NCBI GenBank assembly: GCA_964584035.1
Contig: CAZOYL010000061.1
Coordinates: 1 to 14,548 of the forward strand
Reading direction: 5' to 3'
Source of the DNA: an uncultured Gemmatimonadota bacterium
Lineage (GTDB): Bacteria > SM23-81
Length of the DNA stretch: 14,548 nt
This document shows positions 1 through 6,361 of the stretch, in pieces. Each line of letters starts with the position of its first letter. Position 1 is the first letter of the stretch. Below the pieces are notes generated by a model. It did not search any database, was not told the DNA's origin, and saw nothing but the letters and a program-made list of their open reading frames with translations. Position numbers and translations under genes: made by a program.

Positions 1-316
1 GCTGGTCCGGCCAACCGGCCCGGATGCGGGCCAGCAGCTCCGGGGTGACCACCTCGTCGGCGTCCACCGACAGGACCCAATCCAGGGCGGTCTGGTCCAG
101 GGCGAAGTTCTTCTGCCGGACATAGCCCTCGAAGGGATGGGAGATGACCCGGTCGGTATACTCCCGGGCGATCCGGACGGTGGCATCGGCGCTGCCGGAG
201 TCGATCACCACGATCTCCCGGGCCCAGGTAAGCGACTCGAGACACCGGCGGATGTTCTTCTCCTCGTTGTAGGTGATGATCACGGCCGATATGTCCAGCT
301 TTTCCCGGCTCATCAT
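1..316 (-). CDS. Glycosyltransferase family 2 (WaaE/KdtX/LgtF-like), 3' end outside window
   Basis: Not in the ORF track; translated by hand: MMSREKLDISAVIITYNEEKNIRRCLESLTWAREIVVIDSGSADATVRIAREYTDRV...GYGRQKNFALDQTALDWVLSVDADEVV. Has the GT2 N-terminal motif (IITYNEE, VIDSGS.D.T) and a DxD motif (DADE). SD GGAGGAG at 333-327. Start is ATG 316, with TTG 319 and ATG 313 as alternatives. Confidence 0.9.
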   Translation of the reverse strand, partial: MMSREKLDISAVIITYNEEKNIRRCLESLTWAREIVVIDSGSADATVRIAREYTDRVISHPFEGYVRQKNFALDQTALDWVLSVDADEVVTPELLARIRAGWPDQ

Positions 317-432
317 CAAAGATCAACTCCTCCGGGCGCCTGTCCGACCTCGTTCCAGACGGCCTCGTTCCAGCCTGCCCCGTTCCAGATGGCTTCGTTC
401 CAGACGGCTTCGTTCCGGCGCGCCTCGTTCAC
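316..432 (-). CDS. Candidate 38-aa pentapeptide-repeat micro-protein MNEARRNEAVWNEAIWNGAGWNEAVWNEVGQAPGGVDL
   Basis: The GTG at 432-430 overlaps the metF stop (GTGA). The TGA at 318-316 overlaps the GT2 ATG (TGATG). The ORF fills the intergenic gap exactly. No expression evidence. Confidence 0.35.
   Translation of the reverse strand: MNEARRNEAVWNEAIWNGAGWNEAVWNEVGQAPGGVDL
346..430. repeat. Imperfect 15-bp tandem repeat, about 6 copies (consensus GGCYTCGTTCCAGAC)
   Basis: The core CGTTC recurs at 351, 366, 381, 396, 411 and 426, an exact 15-nt period. Confidence 0.95.
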
Positions 433-1307
433 AACAAGCCCTCAGCCCGCAACCGGTTGACAATCCCCGTCGTCGATCTGCTGCGGTCCATGGTGTAGAT
501 GTGCAGCCCCGGCACGCCGGAGGCCAGCAGTTCCCGGCATTGACCGGCGGCGAACTCGATGCCGAACTCCAGCAGGGCTTCTTTATCATCCTCCGGCACA
601 TCGGCCAGCCCGTCGCGCACTTTCTCCGTGATGGTGGCCCCGCACAGGCCGGCCAGCGTCTCCATCATCTTGACGCTGTAGATCGGCATAATCCCCGGCA
701 GGATGGGCACCTCAATCCCGGAAGCGGCGCACCGGTCCCGGAGGTCAAAGAAAAAGGCATTGTCGTAGAAGTAGTTGGCGATGATGAACTGCGCCCCCAG
801 GTCCACCTTCAACTTGAGGTAGGCGATATCCTCCTCCGGGCCGGCCGAGTCGGCGTGCCCCTCGGGATAGCCGGCCGCTCCCAGGCAGAAATCGTAGCGC
901 GGCCGGACGAAGGCCAGCAGATCGGAGGCATGCTGAAAGCTGCCCGGGTGAGGCCGGAAATCCTCGTCCCGGGGCGGATCTCCCCGCACCAGCAGGACGT
1001 TTTCCACCCCTAAAGAGCGATAATCGTCCAACACGGCGGCGGCCACCTCGGGACCGAGACCATAACCGGCGAAATAGGCCAGCACCTCCAGGCCTTTATT
1101 TTTCTTAAGTTGCTCGACCAGCTGGCGGGAGCCTTCCCTTGTCCCGCCTCCGGCCCCGAAGGTGACCGAAACGACATCCGGCTTCAGGGCGGTCAGCTTG
1201 TCGATGACCCCTGGGAGGCTGGCGGCCTGTTTCTCCGATCTGGGGGGAAACAACTCGAGGGAGAGAGTCGGCTTCTGTGCCTGTTTCCATATATCGATCA
1301 GGTTCAT
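429..1307 (-). CDS. metF: 5,10-methylenetetrahydrofolate reductase
   Basis: 292 aa with MTHFR motifs SLELFPPR, SVTFGAGGGT, LLVRGDPP, GAAGYPEGH, LKLKVDLGAQFII, PILPGIMPI and GLHIYTMD. SD GGAGGAG at 1322-1316. Confidence 0.95.
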   Translation of the reverse strand: MNLIDIWKQAQKPTLSLELFPPRSEKQAASLPGVIDKLTALKPDVVSVTFGAGGGTREGSRQLVEQLKKNKGLEVLAYFAGYGLGPEVAAAVLDDYRSLGVENVLLVRGDPPRDEDFRPHPGSFQHASDLLAFVRPRYDFCLGAAGYPEGHADSAGPEEDIAYLKLKVDLGAQFIIANYFYDNAFFFDLRDRCAASGIEVPILPGIMPIYSVKMMETLAGLCGATITEKVRDGLADVPEDDKEALLEFGIEFAAGQCRELLASGVPGLHIYTMDRSRSTTGIVNRLRAEGLL

Positions 1308-1325
1308 GCTCCATTCTCCTCCAGG

Positions 1326-1446
1326 GACTTCAGCGATAGAGACATCGGCTTCATAGAGATCGGCTTTAGAGACAGTAACTTTGCCGTCATCATTTTTACA
1401 GATATGATCTCATAGCAGATATCATCTTATAGACATCGGCCTCCCG
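1326..1446. repeat. Degenerate 15-bp-period repeat in the metF leader (GACATCGGCTTYAKA-like units)
   Basis: Units start at 1326, 1341, 1356, 1371, 1386 and 1401, then at 1418 and 1432 after small indels. The best-conserved copies are gacatcggcttcata (1341), gagatcggctttaga (1356) and gacatcggcctcccg (1432). Confidence 0.7.
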
Positions 1447-1467
1447 AGTCGATCTCCTGCGCTCCAC

Positions 1468-1497
1468 AGAATAGCACATCCGGGTCGGGGTTGTCAA
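1468..1497 (-). promoter_or_regulatory. Sigma70-type promoter P1 for metF
   Basis: TTGACA (1497-1492), 18-nt spacer, TATTCT (1473-1468), preceded by a TGn extended -10. Confidence 0.65.
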
Positions 1498-1525
1498 GAA
1501 ATAAATGCCCGCTGAGGAGCCGCCC

Positions 1526-1555
1526 ATAATAACGGGCTTTTTCGGCGCTTGTCAA
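1526..1555 (-). promoter_or_regulatory. Sigma70-type promoter P2 for metF
   Basis: TTGACA (1555-1550), 18-nt spacer, TATTAT (1531-1526). Confidence 0.6.
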
Positions 1556-1603
1556 GCCGATACTTCATCCTCGCGCCGCCTCTTTCGACGCCCGGCCCGG
1601 CGT

Positions 1604-1631
1604 AAAAAAGGCGCCGGGATATCCCTGCGCC
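1604..1631 (-). terminator. Intrinsic terminator after the DUF5916-type gene
   Basis: Minus strand reads GGCGCaGGG-ATAT-CCCgGCGCC followed by T6. A second 8-bp hairpin lies just upstream at 1634-1653. Confidence 0.8.
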
Positions 1632-1687
1632 CCGGCGGCAGGCCGCTGCCGCCCGATGGAGATGTTCAATAGAATGAGGTGCTCAGC

Positions 1688-4102
1688 CTAGATATTCAGC
1701 CAGTAACTCGCCTTCACAAGGAAAACGTTTTCCCCGCCGCTGGCGTAAAATCTCTCCAGGTCTCGGGACAGGTCCAGGTCATTGACGGTCTCGTCCACCT
1801 CCTCGCGGGCCCGCGTCCAGACCAGGTAGAGGGTGCTTCCCGGACGGTACTCCCAGCGCAGCAGGAGGGTGGAGTTGAGGGCCGAGTAGTTATAGTCATG
1901 ATCGAAGCCCGACTGCGGGGAGCCGTAGCGGCCGCCGCCTAAATAGGGCCGGTAGTTGCGGTAGTCCAGACCTGTTAAAAGGCCCTGAGTGGAGAGCTGT
2001 AGCGAGAGATTGGGGTGAAAAACGATACTGGCGCTGGCGTCCAGCTCGAGGATGTTCTGGTCCTTGTCGGCGAAGATGGTGGTTTCCTCATCCGGATTCT
2101 CGACCCACATGAGCTGGTCGAAGTCGTGGGTGTACTCGCCGTGTACTGAAAATTCCATGTTGCCGGCGGGGCGATAACGGACCAGTGCTTCGCCCGCCCA
2201 CCAGGGGCTGGTCCGGCTCTCGCCGATGTAATAGTCGAACTCGAAGGACCATTTCTTGCGCTCGTCGGTGTCGAAACAGACCCAGGCATGCCAGCTTTCG
2301 GGATTTTCCCACAGGCCGTGACCTCTGGTCTCGCGATCGTCGTAGGCCGGAAAATCCATGGCCAAGCCCAGCCAGCCGTACCAGTTATTGACGAACTGCA
2401 TCTGGTTGTTGAAGTTCCAGCCCCGACTGATGTTGGCCTCGTCGCTGTTCCAGGCTCCATACAGGTTCAGGTTATTCCACGTATTGCGGAAGATCCACCA
2501 GTCGTCGGTGGTGCGGTACTGCAGCCACCCCCAGCCTTCGCGATAGTCGTTGCGCCGCAGGTAACCCAGGCGGTTGAGGTCCAGAAAACGGTCCATCCAG
2601 TTCATCCCCACAGCCCCGCGGACGTGCTCGCCGGCGCATCGCTCGAAGGAGATATCAGCCCCGAATCCGGTGTGCCGGTCATCCACCCGGCTAAGGACCG
2701 ACTGCCCCAGGAAGGCCCAGTAGCCGTTGTTCGTCTTCAACCGCCAGTCGATCCCCCCGGTGGCTACCGGATGCTCGTCGTCCTGGGCGGCCAGGGTCAG
2801 CATGCCGCCGACATTCGACTCGGACAGCACGTCCTGCTTGACCCGCAGGATGGTGTAGGCCGCACTGGGCTCAACCACGCCCTCTCCGAACACGGTATCT
2901 CCGGCCGCGGATTCCGCCGCGTATTTCGCTTTCTCCTCTTCCGTGACGGCGCTCAGCAGGGCCATCTCCGTGCCGCTGGCCAGTTTTCCGGTCAGCTTGG
3001 CCGCCCCCAGGATGGTCGTCGATTTGGGATAGCGGGTGTAGTACAGCGGGTCATCGACCGCATCGCGCCACGGCGTATGGCCGATGCGGCGGGAATAGAA
3101 CATCTGGAACTCGGTGTTGAACAGCTCCATGCCCTCCAGGAAGAAGGGCCGCCGCTCCTCATACCAGGTCTCGTAAGCCGACAGGTTCAGCACCGGCTGA
3201 TCCAGCTCCACCTGGCCAAAGTCGGGATTCACCGTGGCGTCCAGGGTGAGATTGGTGGCCAGTCCGTATTTCAGGTCAAAGCCCAGGTTCCGGGTCCACT
3301 CCCGGCCGTCGGGATTTCCCTGGTGAGCGGGCTCGGTCTCCAGCCCGGAGACGGCGTAAGGCATCAGCTCCACATGTGAGTCCGGCTCGATGCCGGACAG
3401 TCCGGTGAGGTGGCCGAAATTGGAGACGTAGCCGCCCTCCGAGGCGGGCACGAAGGCCCAGCGGAGATCCTCGGTCTTCCGATTGATGGACCTGATGAAT
3501 TCGACCCCCCAGGTGCGGTCGCCGTTGCGGGCGAAGCGAATGCAGTGATAGGGGATCCGCATCTCGACCGACCAGCCCCAGGGCTGCATCCGTACCGCCG
3601 AGCTCCACACCCCGTCCCAGGCGTACTCCATCCAGTTCTCGTTGAACAGCCGGGCGTCCTGCTGAACGTTGGCGGCGTTGACCCAGAAACAGTAGCCGGT
3701 CTGGTGGTCGTGGTAGGGATCCAGGTTGACCCGAACGTGATCGGCCTCGGAATATCGGTCCCGGCGGACCAGCTGGCGGGTGATCTTCTCCGGCTCGGAA
3801 TCATAACACCAGAAGGCCAAGTAGATGGCGGCCTCATCATAGACCACGGCCACGCGAGTGGACTCGGTGGCCGCTTCACCTTCATTCGGCTCTCTCTGGG
3901 TAAAGTGGGCGGCAAACTCCAGGTCGGGTCCGTTCCAGGCGGGATCGCTCAGGTCCCCATCGATGACGGGGGAGGGGCTGTTCACCCGGCTGGCCCTCAG
4001 CTCGGGGACGACCCGTTCATCCCGGGCCTCGGCCGGGCTGAAGACGATCAGCAGACAGACGGCCGTTAGAAGAGCCTGCAAATATATGACGCGCACGTTC
4101 AT
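1688..4102 (-). CDS. Secreted/outer-membrane protein with CBM9-like N-terminal domain and DUF5916-type beta-barrel region (804 aa)
   Basis: Start moved from 4402 to ATG 4102, which gives a signal peptide MNVRVIYLQALLTAVCLLIVFSPAEA and has GAAGGGAG upstream. CBM9-like motifs PVIDGDLSDPAW and WSVEMRIPY. DUF5916-like motifs LDATVNPDFGQVE, EERRPFFLEG and FYSRRIG. Aromatic amphipathic C-terminal strand (LVKASYWLNI). Confidence 0.85.
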   Translation of the reverse strand: MNVRVIYLQALLTAVCLLIVFSPAEARDERVVPELRASRVNSPSPVIDGDLSDPAWNGPDLEFAAHFTQREPNEGEAATESTRVAVVYDEAAIYLAFWCYDSEPEKITRQLVRRDRYSEADHVRVNLDPYHDHQTGYCFWVNAANVQQDARLFNENWMEYAWDGVWSSAVRMQPWGWSVEMRIPYHCIRFARNGDRTWGVEFIRSINRKTEDLRWAFVPASEGGYVSNFGHLTGLSGIEPDSHVELMPYAVSGLETEPAHQGNPDGREWTRNLGFDLKYGLATNLTLDATVNPDFGQVELDQPVLNLSAYETWYEERRPFFLEGMELFNTEFQMFYSRRIGHTPWRDAVDDPLYYTRYPKSTTILGAAKLTGKLASGTEMALLSAVTEEEKAKYAAESAAGDTVFGEGVVEPSAAYTILRVKQDVLSESNVGGMLTLAAQDDEHPVATGGIDWRLKTNNGYWAFLGQSVLSRVDDRHTGFGADISFERCAGEHVRGAVGMNWMDRFLDLNRLGYLRRNDYREGWGWLQYRTTDDWWIFRNTWNNLNLYGAWNSDEANISRGWNFNNQMQFVNNWYGWLGLAMDFPAYDDRETRGHGLWENPESWHAWVCFDTDERKKWSFEFDYYIGESRTSPWWAGEALVRYRPAGNMEFSVHGEYTHDFDQLMWVENPDEETTIFADKDQNILELDASASIVFHPNLSLQLSTQGLLTGLDYRNYRPYLGGGRYGSPQSGFDHDYNYSALNSTLLLRWEYRPGSTLYLVWTRAREEVDETVNDLDLSRDLERFYASGGENVFLVKASYWLNI

Positions 4103-4158
4103 CTGAGCTGAGCTCCCTTCTGCCTCCCGATAAGGAATAACAGCCTGAACATATCTAT

Positions 4159-4184
4159 TACGGAAAACAAGATGGAAATGTTGC
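4159..4184 (-). promoter_or_regulatory. Possible ECF-sigma promoter for the DUF5916-type gene
   Basis: GCAAC (4184-4180), 17-nt spacer, CGTA (4162-4159). Matches the AAC/CGT pattern of ECF promoters. No clear sigma70 site noticed on this strand. Confidence 0.4.
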
Positions 4185-4255
4185 GGAGCGCCTCCGCCGC
4201 ACGCATTTCTTGACCTCCCGACAATCGCCGTCCGCCGGTGGCCCGGACAAAGTCC

Positions 4256-4284
4256 TTGAATTCCCTCGATCTCTCTGCTATATT
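4256..4284 (+). promoter_or_regulatory. Sigma70-type promoter for ABC-F/hflX
   Basis: TTGAAT (4256-4261), 17-nt spacer, TATATT (4279-4284), with a TGn extended -10. Confidence 0.65.
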
Positions 4285-4295
4285 TGAAGTTTAAG

Positions 4296-4367
4296 GTGAT
4301 CACCGGGCGGCTCCGAGATATCCCGCCGCCTTCTCGTGTTAACACGTTAGAAGTTAAAGAGTTGTAA
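4296..4367 (+). CDS. Candidate 23-aa leader peptide MITGRLRDIPPPSRVNTLEVKEL
   Basis: GTG 4296 to TAA 4367, in frame with the ABC-F ATG and ending 3 nt before it. No proper SD; the start lies about 5 nt from the predicted transcription start. Confidence 0.3.
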   Translation: MITGRLRDIPPPSRVNTLEVKEL

Positions 4368-4370
4368 TCC

Positions 4371-6290
4371 ATGACCCTGATCGACCTGCAGAACGTCACC
4401 AAATCCTACAGCGGGGATCCCGTCTTCCGGAATATTTCCTGGCAGATCAACTCCGGCCGCAAGATCGGTCTGATCGGGGCCAACGGCTGCGGCAAGACCA
4501 CCCTGTTTCGCCTCATCGCCGGGGAGCTGTCGCCCGACGGGGGACAGCTGTTCCGGGCCAGGGGCCTGAAGATCGGTTTCTTGCGCCAGGAGATCGGGCT
4601 CCGGGGAGAGCTGACCCTGCTCGACGAGATGCTCAGGTCCTTCTCCGACCTGCTGGCCATCCATCGGGAACTGGAACAGCTTGAGGCCGTCATGGCCGCC
4701 TCCCGCGAGGACCACGGCAGCGACCGCCTGAGCGATATCCTGCATCGCTACAGCGAGCTGCGGGACCGCTATGAGCATTCCGGCGGCTACACCTACGAGT
4801 CGGATATCAAAAGCGTCCTCTTCGGGCTGGGCTTCTCACAGCACGACCTGGCCAAGCGGGTCGATGTGCTCAGCGGCGGGCAGAAGAACATCGCCGCCCT
4901 GGCCCAGGTGCTCCTGTTCCAGCCGCAGCTGCTGCTGCTCGACGAGCCCACCAACCATCTGGACATCGAGGCCACCCGCTGGCTGGAACGGTTTCTGAAG
5001 GATTTTTCCGGCGCCGTGGTGGTCATCTCGCACGACCGCTATCTGCTGGACCGGGCCATCGAGGAGATCGTGGAGATGGAACCCGACGGCCTGCAGTTCT
5101 ATCCCGGACGCTATTCGTCCTATGTGGTCCAGAAGGAGGAGCGCCTGGCCCGGCAGCGGAAGCAATACCAGCTGCAGCAGGAGGAAATCCGCCGCAATGA
5201 GGAGTTCATTCGCCGCAACATCGCCGGCCAGAAGACCAAGCAGGCCCAGAGCCGCCGCAGGATGCTGGAGAAAATGGAGCGGATCGCTCCACCGTCCTCG
5301 CGCCGGAGACAGATCCGCCCGCAGCTGAGCGCCTCGGGGCGGGAAGGCCGCCTGGCCCTGTCCTATGAAAGGGTTTCTAAAAGTTTCGGGGGGCAGCTGC
5401 TGTTCCGGGATATCAGTTTCACGGTGCAGCGCGGCGAGCGCGTGGCCCTGCTGGGCCCCAACGGCACCGGCAAGAGCACCCTGTTGAAGATGAGCACCGG
5501 CCTGGTATCGCCCGACGAGGGCCATTGCCGGCTGGGCCACAACGTCCTGGTGGGCTATTATCAGCAGGACCTGGCCGGGCTGGAGCGAACCCACAGCATC
5601 CTGGAGGAGGTCTGGACGGTGCGGCCGGATATGCTGGACCCGGACCTGCGCAGCTACCTGGCAAGGTTCCTGTTCGAGGGAGATGAGGTCGACCGGCCTG
5701 TGGGCAGCCTGAGCGGCGGGGAGCAAAGCCGCGTGGCCCTGGCCAAGCTGATGCTGCAGGAGGCCAACCTGCTGCTCCTGGACGAGCCCACCAACCATCT
5801 CGATATCGCCGCCCGGGACGCTCTGGAAGGCGTTCTGTCCGAATACGGCGGAACCGTCCTGCTGGTCTCCCACGACCGCTATTTCCTGGACATGACGGTG
5901 GACCGGATCCTTCATCTGGAGTCCGGGCGGATCCGGGAATATCTCGGCAACTACCGTTCCTACAGGGAAAAACGAACCCTCGAGGAGTCCGCCCTTCGGG
6001 AAAAAAAGGTGCGCCGGAAGGCTGCGGTGCGAAAGCCAAAACGGACCGCGGCGGTCAGCGTCAAAAAACTGTCATCCCTGGAGGGCGAGATCTCGTATAT
6101 TGAGAAGGAGCTGGAGGACGTCGAGCGGCTGCTGGAAAATCCCGAGCTGAGCGCCGATTGGCAGGCCCTCAAGAGCCTCCATGGTCAGCGGCAGGATCTG
6201 GGCCGGAAGCTGGACCGGCTGCTGGATGAGTGGATGGCCGTTTCAGAAGCCCTGGGGGAGGGGTCCGGGGAAAATCTGTCGTCTTCGTGA
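4371..6290 (+). CDS. ABC-F family ribosome-associated ATPase (YheS/YdiF/Uup-like)
   Basis: 639 aa with two nucleotide-binding domains (GANGCGKTT, LSGGQ, LLLLDEPTNHLD; GPNGTGKST, LSGGE, LLLLDEPTNHLD). Has a helical interdomain linker (KQAQSRRRMLEKMERI) and a C-terminal coiled coil. No transmembrane segments. Confidence 0.95.
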   Translation: MTLIDLQNVTKSYSGDPVFRNISWQINSGRKIGLIGANGCGKTTLFRLIAGELSPDGGQLFRARGLKIGFLRQEIGLRGELTLLDEMLRSFSDLLAIHRELEQLEAVMAASREDHGSDRLSDILHRYSELRDRYEHSGGYTYESDIKSVLFGLGFSQHDLAKRVDVLSGGQKNIAALAQVLLFQPQLLLLDEPTNHLDIEATRWLERFLKDFSGAVVVISHDRYLLDRAIEEIVEMEPDGLQFYPGRYSSYVVQKEERLARQRKQYQLQQEEIRRNEEFIRRNIAGQKTKQAQSRRRMLEKMERIAPPSSRRRQIRPQLSASGREGRLALSYERVSKSFGGQLLFRDISFTVQRGERVALLGPNGTGKSTLLKMSTGLVSPDEGHCRLGHNVLVGYYQQDLAGLERTHSILEEVWTVRPDMLDPDLRSYLARFLFEGDEVDRPVGSLSGGEQSRVALAKLMLQEANLLLLDEPTNHLDIAARDALEGVLSEYGGTVLLVSHDRYFLDMTVDRILHLESGRIREYLGNYRSYREKRTLEESALREKKVRRKAAVRKPKRTAAVSVKKLSSLEGEISYIEKELEDVERLLENPELSADWQALKSLHGQRQDLGRKLDRLLDEWMAVSEALGEGSGENLSSS

Positions 6291-6361
6291 TGTGGTCTTG
6301 GCGGTCTGCGCTGATCGCTCATCGGCACCGGCGACCGCGACCGTCATTCGAGGGGGAACAC

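Noticed and set aside
346..430. CRISPR array
   Set aside because: The 15-bp units are contiguous with no unique spacers, and there are no cas genes in the window.
323..601. 92-aa ORF with LERGR repeats
   Set aside because: It is mostly an alternative frame inside metF and stops before the GT2 start. The repeat variation fits the WNEA frame better.
1308..1560. SAM-I/SAH riboswitch upstream of metF
   Set aside because: No SAM-I core (ATC..GAG, GCAACC, GTGC..A) is recognisable on the minus strand. The GAGGAGC at 1514-1520 is on the wrong strand and lacks the rest of the SAH motif. An Infernal scan would settle it.
2288..3379. Long antisense or alternative-frame ORFs (also 273-1013, 3410-4069, 4836-5915, 6319-6966, 11926-12798, 13968-14504 and others)
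   Set aside because: These are shadows of well-supported genes in GC-rich DNA and show no recognisable motifs.
4103..4402. 100-aa N-terminal extension of the 904-aa ORF
   Set aside because: It overlaps the divergent ABC-F start and promoter. The signal peptide and SD point to ATG 4102.
6230..6361. N-terminal extension of HflX
   Set aside because: It overlaps the ABC-F 3' end. The SD and typical HflX length support GTG 6362.
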